Assembly (NCBI GenBank): GCA_964457525.1
Contig: CAYWGS010000010.1
Location: 1-27,875 of the forward strand
Origin: an uncultured Erysipelotrichaceae bacterium
GTDB lineage: Bacteria > Bacillota_I > Bacilli_A > Erysipelotrichales > Erysipelotrichaceae
DNA: 27,875 nt
Direction of reading: 5' to 3'
This document shows positions 8,573 to 16,438 of this stretch, piece after piece. The notes under the pieces are model-generated. The model did not search any database and had not been told where the DNA came from. It saw only the letters and a list, made by a program, of their open reading frames with translations. Every line of letters begins with the position of its first letter. Position 1 is the stretch's first letter. Made by a program: the position numbers and the translations under genes.

Positions 8573-9687
8573 CTTGGTTAAAAAAGAAACCAGAAGCAAA
8601 AAAGGATGTCATCAAAGAAATATCGAATATTGAAAAGCGATTTGAAGTATTTAGAATTGGAATTGCTTTACTTATCTCGATGCTTCTCATTATTTTAATT
8701 ATTGCGTTAATTTCCGATGATCCACTGGGTGCTATTCGTGAGTTGCTTGTTGGACCTCTACAATCCGTTCGTCGTTTTGGGAATGTTATTGAGTTGATGA
8801 TTCCACTTACCTTTACAGGTTTAGCGATTACGATGGTATTTAAAACCAATCGTTTCAACCTAGCGTCTGAAGGTGCATTCTATATGGCGACTATGGTTGC
8901 GGTTCTTGTTGCATTGAACTCACCATTCCCACCATTTATTACGGTTATTCTTGGTTTATTAGCTGGGTTTATCGTAGGTGGTTTATTGGGTCTAATTCCT
9001 GCTTTAATTAACTATAAATTTGGAGCGAATGAACTTGTTGTTTCATTAATGCAAAACTATATTGTGGCATTCTTTGTCCAATATTTATTAAACTATGTTG
9101 TTCGTGATCCAGATTCCTATGCAATTCAATCCTATGCTTTACCTGAAGGGGTAAGTTTATATCGCTTTATCCCAGGTACTCGTATTCATATTGGATTAAT
9201 CTTGTTATTAGTAGTTGTAGTTGTTGCATACATTATTCTATATCGTACTAAATGGGGTTATGTCCTTCGTGTTACGGGATTAAATGAAAAGTTTGCGAAG
9301 TATAGTGGAGCGAAAGTAGCGTTTATCATTATTATTGCTCAAGTCTTAGGTACAGCAATCGCTGGTCTTGGTGGAGCTGTAGAAATGTATGGTATTTATA
9401 ATACGTTTAAATTTGCGGCAAGTCCTGGTTATGGTTGGGATGGTGTCATCGTTGCGACATTAGCGAAATTAAATCCAGCGTTTGTTCCAGTTGCGGCATT
9501 TTTTATTGCTTATATTCGTGTTGGGGCAGATATCTTAAATCGTTCGACGAACATTCCACCAGAAATTGTTTCAATCGTTCAAGCAATCATTATTCTATTC
9601 ATTGCGGCTAAAGCATTCATGAAGTCAGCGAAAGAGAAGAAGATTGTTGAGAAGTCACGCGAAGTGGCTAGTGAAGGAGCAAACTAA
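8569..9687 (+). CDS. ABC transporter permease (nucleoside/sugar importer, first membrane subunit)
   Basis: 372-aa polytopic membrane protein. Its ATGA overlaps the ATPase stop. The position fits the BMP-type operon layout. Confidence 0.85.
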   Translation: MTWLKKKPEAKKDVIKEISNIEKRFEVFRIGIALLISMLLIILIIALISDDPLGAIRELLVGPLQSVRRFGNVIELMIPLTFTGLAITMVFKTNRFNLASEGAFYMATMVAVLVALNSPFPPFITVILGLLAGFIVGGLLGLIPALINYKFGANELVVSLMQNYIVAFFVQYLLNYVVRDPDSYAIQSYALPEGVSLYRFIPGTRIHIGLILLLVVVVVAYIILYRTKWGYVLRVTGLNEKFAKYSGAKVAFIIIIAQVLGTAIAGLGGAVEMYGIYNTFKFAASPGYGWDGVIVATLAKLNPAFVPVAAFFIAYIRVGADILNRSTNIPPEIVSIVQAIIILFIAAKAFMKSAKEKKIVEKSREVASEGAN

Positions 9688-9688
9688 C

Positions 9689-10636
9689 ATGGAATTCTTT
9701 ACAATATTTCTAAATCCAGGGTTCTGGTTCTCGCTCATTCGTTCAAGTACACCACTTATCTTTGCAGGTATGGCAGCGTTGATTGCTTCTCGTTCTGGTA
9801 TTACAAACATGGCAATTGAAGGTAGTATGACCTTAGGTGCTCTAGCAGCGGTTGTTGCGTCATGGTACTTCCAAAATGCTTGGTTGGGTTTACTTGCTTC
9901 CGTATTGGTTGGTATATCAATCGCATTATTCTTAGCGTATTTCAAGCTTAAGATGATGGCAGATGAAATACTGGTCGCCATTGCGTTGAATCTCTTCGCA
10001 ACAGGCGCATCCATCTTTATTCTCTTCTTACTCACAGGTGATAAGAGTAATTCATCCGCATTAAATAGCTTAGTCTTACCAACAGTATCGTTTGCATTCT
10101 TAAATAATATTCCATTCATTGGTCAAGTGATCAATGGACAAAATATTCTAGTGTATGTTGCGATTATTAGTACATTCATACTTAATTACTTCTTATTTAA
10201 GACGCCAATGGGATTACGTATTCGATCGGTTGGTGGAAATGAACACGCAGCTGAATCAGTAGGGGTCTACGTTAATAAGACAAAATACATCGGTCTAGCA
10301 ATTTCCGGTATGTTTGCTGGATTAGGCGGTGCCTTCATGTCTTTAGGTTATATGTCTCTCTTTACACGTGGTATGGTTGCAGGTCGTGGATTTATCGCGA
10401 TTGCGGCTGCTAACGTAGGTGGACGTTCACCAATTCCTACACTCTTTGCGGCAACTCTCTTTGGTTTCTTTGATAACCTAGGTAATAACCTACAACAATT
10501 TAAAGTAATTAATGAGTTCGTATTTATGATTCCATACATTGCGACAATCGTAATGTTCGCATTCTCTTCTTATCGTCAAATGACTGAAAAGAAACGTTTA
10601 AATAAAAAAATATTGGCTTCACAGAAAGCAGAATAA
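9689..10636 (+). CDS. ABC transporter permease (second membrane subunit)
   Basis: Polytopic membrane protein. The start was set at ATG 9689 (MEFFTIF...), 9 nt after GAAGGAG. Confidence 0.85.
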   Translation: MEFFTIFLNPGFWFSLIRSSTPLIFAGMAALIASRSGITNMAIEGSMTLGALAAVVASWYFQNAWLGLLASVLVGISIALFLAYFKLKMMADEILVAIALNLFATGASIFILFLLTGDKSNSSALNSLVLPTVSFAFLNNIPFIGQVINGQNILVYVAIISTFILNYFLFKTPMGLRIRSVGGNEHAAESVGVYVNKTKYIGLAISGMFAGLGGAFMSLGYMSLFTRGMVAGRGFIAIAAANVGGRSPIPTLFAATLFGFFDNLGNNLQQFKVINEFVFMIPYIATIVMFAFSSYRQMTEKKRLNKKILASQKAE

Positions 10637-10654
10637 AGGGTGTGAATACCCTTT
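10635..10654 (+). other. Weak intercistronic hairpin
   Basis: AAAGGGT / ACCCTTT stem (7 bp) with loop GTGAAT. It overlaps the permease stop codon and is followed by ATTTAT. Confidence 0.3.
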
Positions 10655-10672
10655 ATTTATAATTGGAGTACT

Positions 10673-11596
10673 ATGAAACAAAAATATTCAATCATTATTG
10701 ATTGTGACCCAGGCATTGATGATTCCTTTGCCCTTGTCTATGGTCATCTTTCAAATAGCTTTGATATAAAAGCGGTATTCAGTGTTGCGGGAAATGTTCC
10801 TATTGAAATGACAACCCTTAATTCAGAATTTATTCTCTCTGAACTTAATCTTAATGTTCCACTTTATCGAGGAGCAGAAGGTCCTATTGTTGGAGAACCC
10901 ATTATTGCGAAATATGCGCATGGATCCAATGGTTTAGGTGGTTATCAATTTGAACCAAACTTAAAAGTACATGCGAATACAAAGAATCCAACAGATGCTT
11001 ATTATGAGTTATTAAAGAGTTTTGATGAACCAGTAATTATTGCGGCGATTGGTCCATTAACCAATCTTGCGAAATTATTCATGGCATATCCTGATGTAAA
11101 TCAATACATCAAGGCAATCTATGTCATGGGTGGTGGAATTGTGAAGGGGAATTATACCGCTTCTGCAGAATTTAATATTGCGGCTGATCCATTAGCAGCT
11201 CAGATTGTGATTAACTCTGGGGTTAAACAATACTATGAACCTCTTGATACAACAACGGCTTATGGGTTCAATCGTGATTTCATGATGAAACTAAAGGATT
11301 CTAAACATCCTACATCACAACTTCTATTTAAGATAATTGATGCGAAAGAAAAACTCGATGTTAATCCAAATGCAGTTTACTATTTACATGATTTAATCAC
11401 TCTCATTGCGATTAATCATCCTGAATGGTTTGATTTTATCGATGTTCATATTGCGGTAGAACTCCATGGTGTTCATACAACCGGTATGACCATCTTCGAT
11501 CTTCGTGGTGAAAGAGCACAAAAACCAAATGCGATTTATGTCGCAAATCCTAAGTTTAGTGAGATTCAGAAACATGTCTTGGAGGTCTTAGTATGA
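10673..11596 (+). CDS. Nucleoside hydrolase (IUNH family), paralog 1
   Basis: N-terminal DCDPGIDD calcium/ribose-binding motif and a C-terminal LHD motif, 307 aa. Confidence 0.85.
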   Translation: MKQKYSIIIDCDPGIDDSFALVYGHLSNSFDIKAVFSVAGNVPIEMTTLNSEFILSELNLNVPLYRGAEGPIVGEPIIAKYAHGSNGLGGYQFEPNLKVHANTKNPTDAYYELLKSFDEPVIIAAIGPLTNLAKLFMAYPDVNQYIKAIYVMGGGIVKGNYTASAEFNIAADPLAAQIVINSGVKQYYEPLDTTTAYGFNRDFMMKLKDSKHPTSQLLFKIIDAKEKLDVNPNAVYYLHDLITLIAINHPEWFDFIDVHIAVELHGVHTTGMTIFDLRGERAQKPNAIYVANPKFSEIQKHVLEVLV

Positions 11597-12516
11597 TCGA
11601 AAAAATTCCATGTATTATTGATACAGATCCAGGGGTTGATGATGCATTTGCTATTCTATATGCAGCTAAACATCCCAAATTAGATTTGCTTGCGATTACG
11701 ACAGTATTTGGGAATGTAGGTTTACAATACACATCCAAGAATGCTCAACTCTTAGCTGGCTATATCTCTAAGGAAATTCCTGTTGCTCTAGGTCATAAAC
11801 AAGCCTTAGTGGTACGTAAAGAAGATGCGGGAGATACACATGGTTCGGATGGATTTGGTGGACGATATGAAACATACAAGCAAAATGCGAGTACTCGTCC
11901 CTATCATCCCAATTCAGTTCAACTTTTAAAAGAAACGCTTATCGAATCAAAAGAACCTGTTGTTTTATTCCCTATTGGACCTTTAACCAATATTGCGAGT
12001 TTATTATCAGCGTATCCTGAACTCAAATCAAAGATTCGTTGTATTAGTTTAATGGGTGGCGCGTTTGCCCATGGTAACCGTTCATCTGCAGCAGAGTTCA
12101 ACATTCTATCCGATCCAGAAGCTGCACAAATTGTGTATGAAAGTGGAGTGCCCATTGTGATGTCAGGCCTTGATATCACAGACCAAGCGAGTTTAAGTCA
12201 AACTGAACTTGAACGTATTCTAGAGATTGGTAAAGCAGATAGTAAATTACTATATGATATCTTTGGATTATATGCGAGTCATGATCGCAACTTACATGAT
12301 CCAATCGCAATTATGGCGATTACAGACCCTGAATTATTTGAGTTTGTAGACGTACATGTGGATGTTGAAACGGGTGGACATTTTGCAGTTGGCGCAACCA
12401 TTCCTGATTTCAGATCAAAAGCAAATCCTAATGCTAGCTTAGTCAAAGTAGCGATGAAATTAGATCATAGTGCATTTGTAGATCGACTCATTGAAATATT
12501 ACAAAAAGACGCATAA
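11593..12516 (+). CDS. Nucleoside hydrolase (IUNH family), paralog 2
   Basis: DTDPGVDD motif, NLHDPIA motif, 307 aa. It has an ATGA overlap with paralog 1. Confidence 0.85.
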   Translation: MIEKIPCIIDTDPGVDDAFAILYAAKHPKLDLLAITTVFGNVGLQYTSKNAQLLAGYISKEIPVALGHKQALVVRKEDAGDTHGSDGFGGRYETYKQNASTRPYHPNSVQLLKETLIESKEPVVLFPIGPLTNIASLLSAYPELKSKIRCISLMGGAFAHGNRSSAAEFNILSDPEAAQIVYESGVPIVMSGLDITDQASLSQTELERILEIGKADSKLLYDIFGLYASHDRNLHDPIAIMAITDPELFEFVDVHVDVETGGHFAVGATIPDFRSKANPNASLVKVAMKLDHSAFVDRLIEILQKDA

Positions 12517-12524
12517 TCATCACA

Positions 12525-12553
12525 AAAGGACAATACGATTTGTGTTGTCCTTT
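12525..12553 (+). other. Intercistronic hairpin
   Basis: 9-bp stem AAAGGACAA / TTGTCCTTT with an 11-nt loop and only a short T tail. Confidence 0.35.
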
Positions 12554-12567
12554 ATTGAAAGGAAACT

Positions 12568-13845
12568 ATGAATACCGATAAACGAGTCTTAAATCATTGT
12601 ACCTTACTCGACGAAGAAGGAAATATATACAGCGATAAAACCATTGTGATTCAAAATGGCATTATTGAACGAATAACCGATGAATTTATAGATGGGGAAG
12701 ATTGTTCCGGTTTAATAATTTCACCAAGCTTTGTGAACTGTCATACGCATGCCGCAATGAATATCTTCAAAGGGATTGCGGAAGATGTTCACATCGATGC
12801 ATGGTTTAATGAAGAGATCTGGCCATATGAAAGTAAGATGTTAGATGATGATGTAAGAGTAGGCACAAAACTTGCGATTGCGGAAATGTTAAACAATGGG
12901 GTTACTGCATTTGCGGATCATTACTTTAATCCAAAATCAATCATTGACGCAACCGAAGAGATGAACATCAAGGCTGATATTGCGATTACGTTGTTTAGTC
13001 AGTTTCCAGGTTATGAAGAACAACTCAAAGAAGCAATCAATCTCATACAATCAAGTAAGAAAGAAAATATCAACTTAAGACTCGGTCCACATTCACCTTA
13101 TACCTGTACAAGAGAGGCATTAAAGGAAATGAGTGATTGGGCAAAGAAGTTAGACTGTGGACTTCATTTACATGTATCTGAAACCCAAAGACAGGTCGAT
13201 GATAGTATTAAATTGCATGGCAAATCACCTTTACAAATCGTTTATGAAACAGGTTGTTTAGATGTTCCATGTGTCATTGCTCATGGATTATACATCCATC
13301 CGAATGAATTTAAGTTGTTAAGCGATGATACACTGATCGCATTAAGTCCAAAAACTTATCAAAAATTAGCGATGGGAACAGGGTATCTATGGGATAACTT
13401 AGATCTTGAACATTATGGTATTGGAACGGATGGAGCCGCATCAAGCAACACCTTATCCCCATTAGAACAAGCTCGTACACTCGCTTTACTACATAAACAT
13501 GAGAAACAAGATTCCACATTATCCGATGTTAAGTCAATCTGGAAACTACTCATGAACGGACATCGTGCATTTAAGTTCAATAGTGGTAAACTGAAGGTAG
13601 GTTACAGTGCAGATTTAATTGTCTGGGACTTAAATCGCATTAATACCATACCACTCTATAATCCACTAGCATCCATCATTTATAGCAGTGATTCATCCAA
13701 TATAAAAGCAGTCATGATTAATGGAGACTATGTTAAAGAAGATTATCATCTAGAAGTAGATGAACAAAGCCTTATTCAAGAAGTCCAAGTTCGTGTAAAT
13801 GACTTACTTGAAAGAGGTAAAGGAAAAGCAAAAGTACAATTCTAA
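12568..13845 (+). CDS. Amidohydrolase-superfamily nucleoside/nucleobase deaminase (MtaD/TrzA family)
   Basis: NCHTHAAMNIFKGIAEDVHIDAWFNEEIWPYE resembles the MtaD N-terminus. LHLHVSETQRQ, AHG and GIGTDGAASSNTL complete the metal site. Confidence 0.75.
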   Translation: MNTDKRVLNHCTLLDEEGNIYSDKTIVIQNGIIERITDEFIDGEDCSGLIISPSFVNCHTHAAMNIFKGIAEDVHIDAWFNEEIWPYESKMLDDDVRVGTKLAIAEMLNNGVTAFADHYFNPKSIIDATEEMNIKADIAITLFSQFPGYEEQLKEAINLIQSSKKENINLRLGPHSPYTCTREALKEMSDWAKKLDCGLHLHVSETQRQVDDSIKLHGKSPLQIVYETGCLDVPCVIAHGLYIHPNEFKLLSDDTLIALSPKTYQKLAMGTGYLWDNLDLEHYGIGTDGAASSNTLSPLEQARTLALLHKHEKQDSTLSDVKSIWKLLMNGHRAFKFNSGKLKVGYSADLIVWDLNRINTIPLYNPLASIIYSSDSSNIKAVMINGDYVKEDYHLEVDEQSLIQEVQVRVNDLLERGKGKAKVQF

Positions 13846-13871
13846 ATTGTGAAGTTATAAAAAGGAGAAAT

Positions 13872-14780
13872 ATGGGAAAAATAGTCATCGTTGGTAGTAT
13901 TAATATGGATTATACGGCTCTATTAGAAGAATTACCGAATCCAGGAGAAACGCTCATGGCGAAGGGATTTAAGATGTCTGGAGGAGGTAAAGGTGCGAAT
14001 CAAGCAATGGCAGCCGCAATCTTCTCAAAAGATGTCTTAATGGTCGGTTGTTTAGGAGATGATCCAGCAGGACATGCTTTATACGAAAAGATGAAGAACA
14101 AAGGCATTGATATGTCCTGTGTTGAATTTACACAGACACCAACAGGCAATGCATTGATTTATGTAGCGGAACAAGGCAAGAACACAATCGTTGTTTATCC
14201 AGGTGCTAACCAAGATTGTACACCTGCCTATGTTGAGAAATATCGTAGTGTTATTGAGAAGGCAAGTTTAGTGATGATGCAACTGGAAATTCCAATGGAA
14301 ACCGTTGAGTATGTTGCAGATATTGCATACAAAGCAAATGTACCGATTCTTCTAAACCCTGCTCCAGCCAATACACTTAGTGATGAGTTAATCTCAAAGA
14401 TTACCTATTTAACCCCAAATGAAACAGAACTCTTACGCATCACAAACCAATATGATGCGAAAAAGGGTGGAATTGTTTTACAAGAAATGGGTGTTAAGAA
14501 CATCGTCGTAACCCTTGGATCCAATGGTTGTTACATGAAGACTGAAAAGGAAGAAGATCGTATTCCAACTTTCAAAGTGAATGCGATTGATACAACCGCT
14601 GCCGGAGATTCATTCAGTGGTGCTTTAGCTGCTCATCTTGCAAAGGGGTATGAATTAAAAGAGGCTCTTAAGATTGCGAACGCAACTGGAGCACTTACCA
14701 CAACAAAGATAGGAGCTCAAGAAGCATTGCCAACCGAAGAAGAAGTTCATCAACTTATAAAATCACAAAAAGCAGAGTAA
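13872..14780 (+). CDS. rbsK: Ribokinase
   Basis: PfkB-family signatures GGKGANQA and DTTAAGDSFSGAL, 302 aa, in a ribose-releasing operon context. Confidence 0.85.
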   Translation: MGKIVIVGSINMDYTALLEELPNPGETLMAKGFKMSGGGKGANQAMAAAIFSKDVLMVGCLGDDPAGHALYEKMKNKGIDMSCVEFTQTPTGNALIYVAEQGKNTIVVYPGANQDCTPAYVEKYRSVIEKASLVMMQLEIPMETVEYVADIAYKANVPILLNPAPANTLSDELISKITYLTPNETELLRITNQYDAKKGGIVLQEMGVKNIVVTLGSNGCYMKTEKEEDRIPTFKVNAIDTTAAGDSFSGALAAHLAKGYELKEALKIANATGALTTTKIGAQEALPTEEEVHQLIKSQKAE

Positions 14781-14792
14781 TTCTGCTTTTTT
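14767..14792 (+). terminator. Rho-independent terminator of the nucleoside operon
   Basis: Stem AGCAGA / TCTGCT extended by A/T pairs, loop GTAAT, followed by a T6 run. Confidence 0.65.
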
Positions 14793-14822
14793 CGTCGAAA
14801 TATAAAAAAATACACTCTATAG
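14790..14822 (+). promoter_or_regulatory. Bipartite motif copy 1 (TTTCGTCGAAA-N13-ACTCTATA) in front of the sigma factor gene
   Basis: The 11-mer and the ACTCTnTA box are identical, and identically spaced, to the copy at 15335..15367. It ends 8 nt before ATG 14830, and there is no SD. Confidence 0.55.
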
Positions 14823-14829
14823 TATTAGT

Positions 14830-15333
14830 ATGAGAAATACAAAAGAAGAATTTGAAACAATCTATAACGCAACCTTTGAGACACTCAGTAAGCATGTCTA
14901 TTTTAAAGTCGCAAAGTTGGAAGATGCTCAGGATTTAGTACAAGAAGTCTATCTTGATTTCTATAAATACATTATTTCAAAAGGGAAACAAGTAGAAAAT
15001 GTACAAGCGTATCTTATTCAAATGGCGAATAATAAGTTATCAAACTATTATAAGAATAAAACTTTTGAGACAACTCTATTAAATGAAGATCATTTACTCG
15101 AAACAATTGAAGATGAGTTTGATCTCGAGTTCGATGTATTAGATCGAATCACATTAGATGAGATATGGAAAGAAATACAAAGTTATTCTAATCTAGACCA
15201 ACATATTCTGATTGATTATTATCGTTTTGGTTTAAATTTCAGGGAAATATCAGAACGATATAATATTCCTGAAAGTACAATTAAGAGTCGTTGCCAAAAG
15301 ATGATAAAAGAACTTAAAGATAAATTCAAATAA
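14830..15333 (+). CDS. RNA polymerase sigma-70 family sigma factor, ECF-like (regions 2 and 4 only)
   Basis: 167 aa. Region 2-like DAQDLVQEVYLDFYKYI; region 4.2 HTH LNFREISERYNIPESTIKSRCQKMIKELK. Confidence 0.8.
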   Translation: MRNTKEEFETIYNATFETLSKHVYFKVAKLEDAQDLVQEVYLDFYKYIISKGKQVENVQAYLIQMANNKLSNYYKNKTFETTLLNEDHLLETIEDEFDLEFDVLDRITLDEIWKEIQSYSNLDQHILIDYYRFGLNFREISERYNIPESTIKSRCQKMIKELKDKFK

Positions 15334-15334
15334 A

Positions 15335-15367
15335 TTTCGTCGAAAATAATAAATTAGTACTCTGTAT
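15335..15367 (+). promoter_or_regulatory. Bipartite motif copy 2 (TTTCGTCGAAA-N13-ACTCTGTA) in front of the anti-sigma-like gene
   Basis: See copy 1. It begins 2 nt after the sigma gene stop. Confidence 0.55.
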
Positions 15368-15388
15368 AAGTGAAAGGACTAGGTAAAT

Positions 15389-16381
15389 ATGAACAAACTC
15401 GAAAAAAGCATTCAAAAAAATGCGTTTAATCAAGAAGAGATGTTACTAAAAATTCAACGTGAAACATATGGCCTAAAGTCCAAAACACTTTTTGGAGGAA
15501 ACCCTATGAAAAAGATCATTGGAATACTAGCATTAAGCTTTACCTTAATTTTTGCGGTATGGTTTGGATTAAACCAACAAACACCAATTGATAAGGATGA
15601 AGTCGTATTGCTTGTTGGAGTTGATATCAATCCAAGTTTTGAACTGTCGGTTAATCGTAATGATAATGTCGTGAAGATTGAGGCATTAAATGATGATGCA
15701 AAAACCATTGATGTATCCGATTTACTCGATCAACCGGTTGAAGATGTCGTAGAAGAAATTATCAAAAGAGCTGAACAGGCTGGATTTATCAATATCGACG
15801 ATTTAGAAGAAGATTATGTTGTCGTATCATCGGTATCCTTAATCGATGATGAGGATGATCAAGATGATTTAGAAGATGAGATTGAAGATAAGATTAAAGA
15901 TAGTGAATACTTACAATCCCTCAATATCGTTCAAATCAAGGCAACTCAACGTGAAAAGTTTGAAGCGGAAGGGAAAAATGTTCCAGTTGGTTTATATGTT
16001 ATTAATGGATATGTTTTACAAGAAGATGGAACATTCTTAAGTGCTAAAGAATTCTTCTCTGATCCAGAAAACAAAGAAGCCATCCGTAATCGTTCAAATA
16101 TCACTGAAGAGAAACAAGAAAGACTACAATTACGATTAGAAGAAACATTGAATCAATTAGAAGAAAATGGATTTGATGTAACACAATATCGTTTAAGACT
16201 TGAAACAGCTGATTATGAACAAATGTTACAAATACAATCTGAATTAAAAGTAGAATCCAGAAATTACAACAAATCACAAAAACCAAAAGATGATGAGGAT
16301 GAAGAATCAGAAATAACTGAGCCGCGTGGTAATTCTAATGTATTGCCCAAAGAGAATAAAAACGCTGGCAAAGGGAACTAG
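15389..16381 (+). CDS. Single-pass membrane protein with an RsgI-like juxtamembrane ectodomain and an acidic low-complexity tail (putative anti-sigma factor)
   Basis: TM segment IIGILALSFTLIFAVWFGL, then VGVDINPSFELSVNRNDNVVKIEALNDDAKTI...EEIIKRAEQAGFI...YVVVSSV, which resembles the RsgI post-TM module. This is followed by DDEDDQDDLEDEIED and a K/E/D-rich tail. An alternative in-frame start at 15506 has GGAGGA upstream. Confidence 0.6.
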   Translation: MNKLEKSIQKNAFNQEEMLLKIQRETYGLKSKTLFGGNPMKKIIGILALSFTLIFAVWFGLNQQTPIDKDEVVLLVGVDINPSFELSVNRNDNVVKIEALNDDAKTIDVSDLLDQPVEDVVEEIIKRAEQAGFINIDDLEEDYVVVSSVSLIDDEDDQDDLEDEIEDKIKDSEYLQSLNIVQIKATQREKFEAEGKNVPVGLYVINGYVLQEDGTFLSAKEFFSDPENKEAIRNRSNITEEKQERLQLRLEETLNQLEENGFDVTQYRLRLETADYEQMLQIQSELKVESRNYNKSQKPKDDEDEESEITEPRGNSNVLPKENKNAGKGN

Positions 16382-16406
16382 AAAGAGATAATCTCTTTCT
16401 TTTTTT
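16381..16406 (+). terminator. Rho-independent terminator
   Basis: GAAAGAG / CTCTTTC stem with loop ATAAT, followed by a T7 run. Confidence 0.7.
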
Positions 16407-16438
16407 AGGTTATAATAAGTTTACGATTGAGGATCAAT

